Assembly (NCBI GenBank): GCA_963805625.1
Contig: CAWDVE010000019.1
Location: 512,001-576,000 of the forward strand
DNA: 64,000 nt
Direction: 5' to 3'
DNA from: an uncultured Candidatus Rokubacteria bacterium
GTDB lineage: Bacteria > Methylomirabilota > Methylomirabilia > Rokubacteriales > DASRDR01
Shown here: piece by piece, positions 54,660 through 63,287 of the stretch
Layout: each line of letters begins with the position of its first letter
How positions within the stretch are numbered: the first letter of the stretch is position 1
Notes under the pieces: model-generated
Seen by the model: the letters and a program-made list of their open reading frames with translations, nothing else
What the model was told of the DNA's origin: nothing
Database searches by the model: none
Program-made: the position numbers and the translations under genes

Positions 54660-56674
54660 TGATGAGTTCGCGGCAGCGTCAGGACGAAGCGGATCTCGCC
54701 CTCCTGGCCGCCGAGCGTCAAGGTCCCGCCGTGGCCTTCGACGATCTTCTGTGTCACGCCTGGACCGACGTCGAGTAGCTTGTCCGAGGCGATCGCGAGC
54801 GGGCTGAACAGGTGCTCGCGCTCGAGAGTCGAGAGCTGAGCGGGGCGTCCCGTGAGTGAGAGGCGCACTCGGCCGGGATCCTCCGGGGACGTCTGCAGGT
54901 GGATGGCCACGCGACCATCCGCATCGACGCGGTTGGCGAGGAATCGGACGAGGTAGCCGATCGCCTTGGTCAGTTGCTCGCGATCGGCCTTGACGACGAG
55001 GCCCTTCTGCGGCGCATAGAGGATCGCCGTCAGCTGCTCGGTGCGCTCCGGGACCTGGAGCAGGAAGAGCGCGGCGTCGCTCGGCCCCTTCGACCGCTCC
55101 AGGCGGACCGAGAGCTCCTCCAGCGCGTCGTGCAAGAGCTGCCGGACGTCGCAGAAGTCCACCTTGTAGTCGCGGTCACCGGCGAGTGTGATGAGCTTGT
55201 CGACGAGCGAGATCAGGCGCTGGGTGTCCTTGCCGACGACTGTGAGGAACGTTTCCCGGAACTCAGGGTCCTCGTACCGGTGCGGGAGCAGCTCGAGGAA
55301 CGTGTAGATCGACACGAGAGGGTTCTTGATCTCGTCCGTCAGGCGGAGCAGCACCCGGTTGAGGAGATCGAGCGTCTGGCTCGTCTGGCGCTCCCGGTGA
55401 AGCTTGTGCCGTGGCGTCGGGTCGTCGACCAGCATGACGGCGCCGCACGGGGTGCCGGTGGCGTCGAGGATCCGGGATGTGCTGAGCTCGAGCGTGATCT
55501 GGCGGCGGGGTAGCTCCACCTCCACTAACCGGAGCTCCCGCCCGCCCCGCACGGTCTCGTAGAGCAGGTCGCCGAGCGGCGAGGGCAGGACGCGGAGGTC
55601 CTGCCCGAGGACGTCGCCGAGGGAGAGCTCGAGAATCTGCTCCGCCCGGCGGTTGAATCGGGTCACCCGTCCGGAGGCGTCGATGGTGATGGCGCCGCTC
55701 TGGAGGTGGGTCAGGACCTGCTCGATGAAGCTGTGCTGGGCCCGGACGGTGTTGAAGAGGGCGATGTCCTCGACCGCCATGGCGACCTGGCTCGCCAGCG
55801 TGAAGAGCCGCTCCAGATCCTCTGAGCCGTAGGGCTGTCCCGTGACCCGCGGCCCGAGCACGAGGATTCCGACCAGCTTGGCCTGGACCCACAGCGGTAC
55901 CGCGACCTCGCCTCCCAGGAGCGCGAGCTCCCGGGCCGCCTCGAGCCAGTCGGGCTCCCGCTCGAGCTCGCCCCGCACGGCCAGCCGCACGTGCTGTCGA
56001 AACCAGTCGGCGAGCCCCTCACCGCTCTCCAGACGGAGCCGCTCGGCCAGATCGGGGTTGAGCCCCCGGAAGCCACGCGGCCGGTACCGGTGCTCGTCGT
56101 CGACCAGGAGGAGCGCCACTCGCCCCGGCCGCACGAGCTCGGTGATCGCGTCCAGGAAGAACTCGACGACACGCTCGATGTCGAAGTGCGCGGAGAGGAG
56201 CTTGCCCAGCTCCTTCAGCACCGTTCCGAGCGCCGTCGAGCTTCCATGGCCGTTCGTCGCAGCCGGGGCCGAGGCCGGCTCCCGCCGCGTCCGGTCCCGC
56301 CGAAGCGAAGCGACCTCCAGCTCGAGGCGCCGCACGCGGAGTCCCTGGTCGATCGCCAGCCGGAGCGGGGTGTCCGGTGTGTCGCGGGGCAGCGCGAGGT
56401 CGCAGCGGTCCACTCCCGGGGGAACCGGATCGTCGGGAGCCAGGAGCCCGACCAGGAACGGTCGCGACGCGATGGCGGCCGCTGTCGCCAGCTCGTCCGG
56501 GTCCACGTTGGCCGACCCGAAGTCCAGGAGGAGCAGGTCGGCCTGGCCGGCGGCACCCGGCTCGAGAGCCCGGGCCAGCGATCCGCTGGCCCCGAAGTCG
56601 AGGCTGCCGTTCAGGAGCCGGCGCAGGCGGGCGGCCAGGCCGGCATCGCGCGAGAGCACGCGGACCGTTCTCAT
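54656..56674 (-). CDS. pseudo-receiver - GAF - PAS - degenerate histidine kinase (pseudokinase)
   Basis: H-box reads LTDEIKNPL (His->Asp); N, G1 and G2 boxes lost (KAIGYLVRFL, LTGRPA, LLDVGPGV). Confidence 0.8.
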   Translation of the reverse strand: MRTVRVLSRDAGLAARLRRLLNGSLDFGASGSLARALEPGAAGQADLLLLDFGSANVDPDELATAAAIASRPFLVGLLAPDDPVPPGVDRCDLALPRDTPDTPLRLAIDQGLRVRRLELEVASLRRDRTRREPASAPAATNGHGSSTALGTVLKELGKLLSAHFDIERVVEFFLDAITELVRPGRVALLLVDDEHRYRPRGFRGLNPDLAERLRLESGEGLADWFRQHVRLAVRGELEREPDWLEAARELALLGGEVAVPLWVQAKLVGILVLGPRVTGQPYGSEDLERLFTLASQVAMAVEDIALFNTVRAQHSFIEQVLTHLQSGAITIDASGRVTRFNRRAEQILELSLGDVLGQDLRVLPSPLGDLLYETVRGGRELRLVEVELPRRQITLELSTSRILDATGTPCGAVMLVDDPTPRHKLHRERQTSQTLDLLNRVLLRLTDEIKNPLVSIYTFLELLPHRYEDPEFRETFLTVVGKDTQRLISLVDKLITLAGDRDYKVDFCDVRQLLHDALEELSVRLERSKGPSDAALFLLQVPERTEQLTAILYAPQKGLVVKADREQLTKAIGYLVRFLANRVDADGRVAIHLQTSPEDPGRVRLSLTGRPAQLSTLEREHLFSPLAIASDKLLDVGPGVTQKIVEGHGGTLTLGGQEGEIRFVLTLPRTHQ

Positions 56675-59160
56675 CGCGCCACCTCGGGCCGCACGGTCTC
56701 GGCCACGGAGCCGACGAGCGCGGGGAACTGCACCACGAAGGTGATGCCGAGCCCGGCCGGACCGGGATCCGCCCAGAGCGCCGCGCGGTGCGCGTCCGCG
56801 ATGCTGCGGCAGATCGCGAGCCCGAGGCCCGTTCCGCTGGACTTCGTCGTGAAGAACGGCTCGAAGACCCGGGCGAGATCCTCGCGCGGGATCCCGGGGC
56901 CGGTGTCCGTGACCCGGACCGTCACCAAGCCGCGGTCCGCGCGCTCGCGATCGGCCCGGACGGTCACCGTCAGGGTGCCGCCCGCGGTCATGGCTTCCAG
57001 GCCGTTCAAGAACAGGTTCAGGAAGAGCTGCTTGAGCTGGTCGAGCTCGCCCAGGATCGGTGGCAGATCACGCTCGATCTCGACCACCGAGCGCACCCGC
57101 CGGCGATCGGCCTCTCCACGAAGCAGGTCGAGCGTCTCCGCCAGGGGCACCTGGAGGTCGAGCGGGCGCAGCGGGAACGCAGTGGGGACCGCCAGGGCCC
57201 GGAGCCGCCCCAGGAGCTGTTCGATGCGGTGGATCTCCTTGACGGCGACCTTCGCGAAGGTCGAGCGGAACTCGTGGTCGTCGGCTCGCTCGGGCAGGAG
57301 CTCCGCGAACGTCTTGATCGCCACGAGCGGGTTCCGGATCTCGTGAGCGATGCCGGTTGCCATCGCGCCGAGGGCGGAGAGGCGATCGGTGCGCCGCTTG
57401 TCCTCCTCGAGCGCCTTGAGCCGCGAGTGGTCGTTGAGCACGGCGATCGCTCCGCTGACCGCCCCCTTGTGGTCGTGAAGCGCCGACGTGTGGACCACCA
57501 GGGGCAGAATCCGCCCCTCGGGATGGCTCACCGTCACCTCCGTCTCGGACTCCGACTGCTCGACGAGGCTCGACCGGAGGACGGCTCGAATGGCGGGGTC
57601 CAGCACATCGAGCGGCCGGCCCACCACGCGGGCGGCCTCGATCCCGAGAATGCGCTCTGCCGCCGGATTGAGGGTCATGACGACGCCGTCTTCCCGGGCG
57701 GCGATGACGCCCGAGTCCATGCGGCCGAGCAGACGCTCGTTGTACTCCTTGATCGAGACGATCTCGTGGTAGAGCTGCGCGTTCTTGAGCCCGATGGCGA
57801 GCTCGCTCGCCAGGGTCTCCAGGAGGTCGAGCTCGTCGCCAAAGAACGAATCGCCGGAGAGCTTGGGGCCGATCAGGATGATCGCCATCAGCCGGCCGTC
57901 CCGGACCGGCACGGCCGCCTCGGCACCCCAGGCCCGGAGATCCTGGAGCACGGTAGTCGGGTCCACGCTGCCGGGCCGAGCCCCGACAAGATCCCAGACG
58001 AGCGCGGCCGTCCCGTCCGACAGCTCCTGGACGAGCGGGCTCGTCCCTGACACCGGCTCCGCAGGCCACACGAAGGTCGGATCGACGTGCCGGGCCACGA
58101 GGGGTGTAAAGGCGTCGCGGTCCCGGATCCGCACGAGGATGGCAAGGCTCTCGAGACGGAGGGCACGGTCGATCAGGTCCGCCATGGCCATCGCAACCCG
58201 CGCGGGGTCGGCAAAGGTGCCCATCGCCCGGCTCCCCTCGCGGACGAGGGCACGCGTGTCGTAGGCCGGCCGGTACAAGTACCGGTCGGCGAGATGGCGC
58301 ATGCGCGGCGCGAATCCGAGGAACAGAGCGGAGGCGGCCAGGCCCAGCACCACCGCGCCGGCGGGCGAGAGCGTCGGGTTCGCCTCGGGGAAGAGCGCGT
58401 CCAGGAGGATCTCACCCCCGATCAGCAGGGCCGCCGTCAGCAGCCAGCCCGCCGCGTAGGCCGCTGACCGGCTGATGACGACCCGCACGTCCATGAGCCG
58501 GTACCGCAGGATGCAGTGGGCAGTAAAGCCGAGCCAGAGTAGCGTGAAATAGGGCCCGTACACGCCGAGCCGCGAGGATCCGGTGACGAGCGGCACGACG
58601 ACGCCGAGCGTGAGGGCGCCCGCCGCCGTGAGCCCGGCCCCGAGGAAGACGTAGTGGAGCTGGGCCCGGGCGAAGCCCGTGGTGTGTCGGAGCTTGCCCG
58701 CCAGGTGGGCGAGGGCCCAGGCAGAGCACAGGATCATGTACGCTCCGAGCAACCGGAAGGCCGGTCCGTACACCGGCTGCAGGTAGTTGGCCTCCTCGAG
58801 CCGCACGTCGGCCACAATCCAGGGCGAGAACGACAGGCCCGACATGAACAGGCCGAGGAAGGTCACCACCTGGGCGAGGGCCGGCCGGCGGGCCGCCGGC
58901 CGCGGGAACACCACCGCGAAGTGAGCGAACGTCACCGGGACGAGGGCTGCTGTCGCCCAGAGCACGCGCACCACGGCGAGGACCACCACCGGGTCGACCA
59001 GGCTCCGGCGGATGCCGACCAGGGTGCCCCACACAGCGAGGGTCGTCGCGAACGCCGCAAACCACCGGTTCACCGCGCGACCGGGGTTTCGCACCCAGAC
59101 CACGACCGCCAGCGCCACCTCGATCAGCGCGACCAGAAAGAGGCCGACGATCGGCGTCAT
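56671..59160 (-). CDS. multi-TM (HisKA_7TM-like) - GAF - PAS sensor histidine kinase
   Basis: About 8-9 hydrophobic helices in the first ~280 aa (NPGRAVNRWF..., ILRYRLMD), GAF GPKLSGD, AHEIRNPL, NLFLNG, DTGPGI, GTGLGL. Confidence 0.88.
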   Translation of the reverse strand: MTPIVGLFLVALIEVALAVVVWVRNPGRAVNRWFAAFATTLAVWGTLVGIRRSLVDPVVVLAVVRVLWATAALVPVTFAHFAVVFPRPAARRPALAQVVTFLGLFMSGLSFSPWIVADVRLEEANYLQPVYGPAFRLLGAYMILCSAWALAHLAGKLRHTTGFARAQLHYVFLGAGLTAAGALTLGVVVPLVTGSSRLGVYGPYFTLLWLGFTAHCILRYRLMDVRVVISRSAAYAAGWLLTAALLIGGEILLDALFPEANPTLSPAGAVVLGLAASALFLGFAPRMRHLADRYLYRPAYDTRALVREGSRAMGTFADPARVAMAMADLIDRALRLESLAILVRIRDRDAFTPLVARHVDPTFVWPAEPVSGTSPLVQELSDGTAALVWDLVGARPGSVDPTTVLQDLRAWGAEAAVPVRDGRLMAIILIGPKLSGDSFFGDELDLLETLASELAIGLKNAQLYHEIVSIKEYNERLLGRMDSGVIAAREDGVVMTLNPAAERILGIEAARVVGRPLDVLDPAIRAVLRSSLVEQSESETEVTVSHPEGRILPLVVHTSALHDHKGAVSGAIAVLNDHSRLKALEEDKRRTDRLSALGAMATGIAHEIRNPLVAIKTFAELLPERADDHEFRSTFAKVAVKEIHRIEQLLGRLRALAVPTAFPLRPLDLQVPLAETLDLLRGEADRRRVRSVVEIERDLPPILGELDQLKQLFLNLFLNGLEAMTAGGTLTVTVRADRERADRGLVTVRVTDTGPGIPREDLARVFEPFFTTKSSGTGLGLAICRSIADAHRAALWADPGPAGLGITFVVQFPALVGSVAETVRPEVAR

Positions 59161-59172
59161 GGCAGTGCGGGG

Positions 59173-60402
59173 CTAGTTGTCGTCCGGGCGGCCGAGGATG
59201 ACCGCCGAGTGTGTGGGGCCGATGGCGCGCGAGGTGACCAGGACGCGGTTCACCCGGGCGGGCCGACCCCGGCCGGGCACGTAATCGAGGTCGCACTCGG
59301 GGGCGGGGATGTCGTGGTTCATGGTCGGAGGAACGAACTGCTCCGCCAGCGAGAAGCAGGCAGCCACCACCTGGAGGGCCCCACCCGCCGCGAACGGCTG
59401 GCCGATCATCGCCTTGATCGAGGTCACCGGGACGTTGTACGCGTGCCGGCCGAGCACGGCGCGATACGCCGCGCTCTCGGCCCGGTCGTGGCACGGTACG
59501 CCACCCCCGTGCGCGTTGACGTGGTCGATCTCCCCCGGGTCCAGGCGCGCTTCCTTGAGCGCCGCCCGCATGGCGGCCTGGAGTGACGCGCCCTCGGGGT
59601 TCACCGTACGGAGATCCAGGCCGTCGGTGCCGCTGCCGTACCCCAGCACCTCAGCGTAGACGTGGGCGCCCCGTGCCCGCGAGTGATCGAGATCTTCCAG
59701 CACATACATCCCGGCGCCCTCGCCCAGGACTGAGCCGTCGCTGAGCGCGTCGTAGGGGCGCAGCGCCTGCGCCGGCGGGCCGCTCCAGCGCGAGAGCCAA
59801 CCGAGCTTGCCCCAGGCCGCATGCACGGAGGTCGCCAGGGGTGCGTCGGCGGCTCCGGCCAGCGCGCCGACGATGCGGCCGGCGCCGATTTGGGCACACG
59901 CCCACTGGATCACGTCCACACCCGAGGCACAGCCGGAGCCAAGCGTCATGGTCTGGCCCTGGAGGCCCAGATCCACGGCCGCATGGTTCGTCAGGGCGTG
60001 CCCGATGCTCTCGACGACCATCGAGGCATCGCGCCGGCGCATCGACCGGCCCTGCAGCCGCTCGAGGACCTCCTGGAACTCGGCCACCGCGCTGGCGCCG
60101 CTCGCGACGCAGACCGCGAACCCGCTGGCAGCCCGGAGGCCTGGCAGGCCCGCGTCGTCGTACGCCATTCGGGCGGCGGCCATGCCGAACTGGGCGAAGC
60201 GCCCCGCAGGCGTGAGCCGCTCACCGGCCAGCTCGAAGCCCTTGACCTCGGCCGCGACCCGGCAGGCGAACGGCGCCGGGTCGAAACGGGTGATCGGTCC
60301 CACCCCGAGCGCTCCTTCACGGAGTCCGTGCCAGAACGGCTTGACGCCAATCCCGATCGGCGTCACGGCTCCGAGGCCGGTGATGACGACGCGACGTCTC
60401 AC
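59173..60402 (-). CDS. beta-ketoacyl-ACP synthase family protein, atypical (Cys-His-Gln)
   Basis: RRVVITGLG, GSGCASG, GEGAG, NAHGGG, SIKAMIGQPFAAGG. Confidence 0.85.
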   Translation of the reverse strand: MRRRVVITGLGAVTPIGIGVKPFWHGLREGALGVGPITRFDPAPFACRVAAEVKGFELAGERLTPAGRFAQFGMAAARMAYDDAGLPGLRAASGFAVCVASGASAVAEFQEVLERLQGRSMRRRDASMVVESIGHALTNHAAVDLGLQGQTMTLGSGCASGVDVIQWACAQIGAGRIVGALAGAADAPLATSVHAAWGKLGWLSRWSGPPAQALRPYDALSDGSVLGEGAGMYVLEDLDHSRARGAHVYAEVLGYGSGTDGLDLRTVNPEGASLQAAMRAALKEARLDPGEIDHVNAHGGGVPCHDRAESAAYRAVLGRHAYNVPVTSIKAMIGQPFAAGGALQVVAACFSLAEQFVPPTMNHDIPAPECDLDYVPGRGRPARVNRVLVTSRAIGPTHSAVILGRPDDN

Positions 60403-60653
60403 CCAGGCGCCTGTTTGAGGCGGCTCTCGACCAGAGCCACCATGTCCGCCACCGTCTTGAGCTTGGTCAGCTCCTCCTCGGGCACCTCGATGTCAAACTT
60501 GCGCTCGACCGAGATGGCGAGCTCGACCGCGTCGAGGGAATCGAGGCCGAGATCCTCGACCAGCTTCGCCTCCGGCACCAGCTGCTCCGGCGGCAGTCCG
60601 AGCCGTGCTGACATGATCTCCCGAAGCCCATCCGCGACGTCTTGCGCCGCCAC
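60399..60653 (-). CDS. acpP: acyl carrier protein
   Basis: DLGLDSLDAVEL phosphopantetheine Ser motif; 84 aa, acidic. Confidence 0.92.
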   Translation of the reverse strand: MAAQDVADGLREIMSARLGLPPEQLVPEAKLVEDLGLDSLDAVELAISVERKFDIEVPEEELTKLKTVADMVALVESRLKQAPG

Positions 60654-61883
60654 TCATGCCTCCCCGCGGCTCAGGACCAGGATCGAGTTGGTCCCGCCGA
60701 ACGCGAACGAGTTCGACATCGCTACCCGGATCGGGACACGGCGGGCCTGGTTTGGCACGTAGTCCAGGTCGCACGCGGGATCCGGCGTCGTGTAGTTGAT
60801 CGTGGGGGGCAGGACTCCGTGGTGGAGAGCGAGCGCCGTCGCGATGGCTTCCACGCCTCCGGCGGCTCCCACGAGGTGGCCCGTCATCGATTTGATCGAG
60901 CTGACCGCCAGGCGCCGGGCATGCTCGCCGAAGACGGCCTTGATCGCCTCGGTCTCGTGCTGATCGTTCAGCGGGGTGGACGTCCCGTGCGCGTTGACGT
61001 AGTCCACCGCTTCCGGGGCGAGCTTCGCGTCCGCGAGGGCGAGCCGCATCGCCCGGGCGGGCCCGTCGGACGACGAGGCCGTCGGGTGGTTGGCGTCGGC
61101 CGAGAGCCCGTACCCCACCACCTCGGCGTAGATGCGGGCGCCCCGCGCCCGCGCCGCCTCCAGGATCTCGAGGACGAGGATCCCCGCGCCCTCCGCGAGG
61201 ACAAACCCGTCGCGATCCTTGTCGAATGGGCGGCTGGCAAGAGTCGGGGCATCGTTCCGTGTCGACAGCGCCCGGATCGACGAGAAGCCGGCGACGACCA
61301 GGGGATGGATGAGGGCGTCGGTTCCCCCGGCGAGCATGACGTCGGCGTCGCCGCGCTGGATCGTCCGGAAGGCGTCGCCGACGGCCTGGCTGCTCGCGGC
61401 ACAGGCCGTGGTGGGGCTGAAGATCGGCCCGCGTGCCGCCGTCCGCATGGACACCCACCCGGCCGCCATGTTGGGCAGGCTGCCCGGCAGCGCGTACGCG
61501 CTCACGGCCGCGATGCCCTCGCGCTGGAGCAGGTCCCACGAGGATAGGAGGAGAGGCACTCCGCCCATGCCGGTTCCGATCGACACGCCGACCCGGTCGT
61601 TCTGGCCATCGATCTTGACGCCGGAGTCCGCGAGCGCCGCTTGCGCGGAGATGAGCGCGTAGTGGATGAACCCATCGGTCCGCACGATGTCCCGCCGGGG
61701 TAGGTGAGCGGCGGCGTCGAAGTCAGGAATCTCTCCCGCGATCTGGCTCGGGTAAGGTGAGGGGTCAAATCGAGTGATCCGGCGGACCCCGCTCCGGCCG
61801 TGAGTCAGCCCGTCCCAGAAGGCGTCGATGCCGACGCCCAGGGGTGAAACCACGCCCAGACCGGTGACCACGACGCGCCGCAT
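60654..61883 (-). CDS. fabF: beta-ketoacyl-ACP synthase II (FabF-like)
   Basis: TACAAS (Cys), NAHGTST (His), KSMTGHLVGAAG (His), SNSFAFGG. Confidence 0.9.
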   Translation of the reverse strand: MRRVVVTGLGVVSPLGVGIDAFWDGLTHGRSGVRRITRFDPSPYPSQIAGEIPDFDAAAHLPRRDIVRTDGFIHYALISAQAALADSGVKIDGQNDRVGVSIGTGMGGVPLLLSSWDLLQREGIAAVSAYALPGSLPNMAAGWVSMRTAARGPIFSPTTACAASSQAVGDAFRTIQRGDADVMLAGGTDALIHPLVVAGFSSIRALSTRNDAPTLASRPFDKDRDGFVLAEGAGILVLEILEAARARGARIYAEVVGYGLSADANHPTASSSDGPARAMRLALADAKLAPEAVDYVNAHGTSTPLNDQHETEAIKAVFGEHARRLAVSSIKSMTGHLVGAAGGVEAIATALALHHGVLPPTINYTTPDPACDLDYVPNQARRVPIRVAMSNSFAFGGTNSILVLSRGEA

Positions 61884-62109
61884 GCGCCTCCTGGAGCGAG
61901 CTCAGAGTGCGTGAAAGTCCGACGTGACGCTAAGTTACACCTAAAATCTCGTGTTGGACCGAAAAGAAAATGGCGCCACCAGATCGAGTGGGACGGCTGG
62001 GGAAGGACCCCATGTGAGGGGCGCTCGTCACGTGTTCGGTCGGATGGACCCCGCCCTGCATCCGCCCAGCGTGTTGCCGCCGAGTCGCCGGCCCCAGAGC
62101 TCGTCGCGA

Positions 62110-63189
62110 TCAGGCTGGCCCGGGCGACCCGGTGGCGCCGGCGCGAGCGAGGATCTCGGCCACGAGCTCCCGATGCTCGGCGCAGCCGATGACGTCCAGG
62201 TCAGGGCAGGGCCGCGTCCGCTCGACCCACCGCCGGAGAGCCGCCCGGCGCCCGCACGCCGCCTGGGCGGCGTCCGGGGTCAGCGCCCCGCTCGCGAGCG
62301 CTTGGCCCACGGCCGCGACCGCCTCAGCTCGTGTCTCGGGCTCACGGCAGACGAGGGCGAGATCGCCGCCCACGGTGAGGAACCGCGCGGCCGCGATACC
62401 GACGCCCCAGGCGCTCCTGACTGCCGCCATCTCGAGATCGTCGCTCAGGACGAGGCCCCCGAAGTCGAGCTCCCGCCGCAGGAGTCCCGCGACGACGCCG
62501 GTTGACAGCGAGGCGGGCCACTCCGGATCGAGGGCCGGGTACCGCACGTGGGCCACCATGACTGCGGGGCATCCGGCCGCGAGGGCTCGGCGGAACGGCA
62601 GCAGCTCCGTCCGTTCGAGCTCGCCGACCGGGGCGTCCACCTCTGGGAGGGCCACGTGGGAATCGAGGGGCGTCCGCCCATGACCCGGGAAATGCTTGGC
62701 CACTGGTATGAGGCCTTCCGCCAGGGCTGCGCGGGTGAACGCCGTGCCGCAGGCCGCGACCGCCTCGGCGTCCTCCGCGTACGCTCGGTCGCCGATGACG
62801 ACGCTTTCCGGGTCCGTCCGGCAATCGAGGACCGGCGTGAGCCCGGAGTCGAACCCCGCGGCGCGCAGTTCGCGGGCCATCGCTCTGGCCACGCGCCCGG
62901 CGAGCGCGGGCTCGCCCGTCCGGCCGATCGTCGCCGCGGGAGGAAAGCACGTGAATGGCGGCGGGAGGCGATGGACGCGCCCGCCCTCGTGGTCTACGAG
63001 CACGAGCACGTCTGGGCCGAGCTCGCGCGCTGCCGAGGTCAGCGAGAGGACCGCGTCGAGGGTGGGGCAGTTTCGCGCGAAGAGCACGACGCCGCCCAGC
63101 CCAGCTTCGGCGGCCAGGTCGGCGATGGCCTCCGGCAGCGCGGTGCCCTCGAACCCGAGCGCGAGGAGCTCTCCGGCGCCGGTGCTCAT
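62110..63189 (-). CDS. nagZ: beta-N-acetylhexosaminidase (GH3, NagZ)
   Basis: GVVLFARN, VDHEGGRV, KHFPGHG...DSH, SDDLEM. Confidence 0.9.
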   Translation of the reverse strand: MSTGAGELLALGFEGTALPEAIADLAAEAGLGGVVLFARNCPTLDAVLSLTSAARELGPDVLVLVDHEGGRVHRLPPPFTCFPPAATIGRTGEPALAGRVARAMARELRAAGFDSGLTPVLDCRTDPESVVIGDRAYAEDAEAVAACGTAFTRAALAEGLIPVAKHFPGHGRTPLDSHVALPEVDAPVGELERTELLPFRRALAAGCPAVMVAHVRYPALDPEWPASLSTGVVAGLLRRELDFGGLVLSDDLEMAAVRSAWGVGIAAARFLTVGGDLALVCREPETRAEAVAAVGQALASGALTPDAAQAACGRRAALRRWVERTRPCPDLDVIGCAEHRELVAEILARAGATGSPGPA

Positions 63190-63287
63190 TGGGCTACCTT
63201 TGGACGGCCTTCGGCCGGTGGGGCTCCGCGGGCGTTGATTCGACGGCGATTGGACGGCCATCGGCCTGTGGCGGCCTGCGGGTTCAC
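63186..63287 (-). repeat. 102-bp dispersed intergenic element, copy B (33-codon mini-ORF)
   Basis: Homologous to 35840-35941. GTG overlaps the ampG TGA and the TGA overlaps the nagZ ATG. One more repeat unit lies at ~63296-63325 inside the ampG 3' end. Confidence 0.85.

Noticed and set aside
59173-61883. Aromatic type II PKS (KS-alpha / CLF / ACP) cluster
   Set aside because: Second KS keeps its Cys, and no cyclase, aromatase or ketoreductase genes are in the window.
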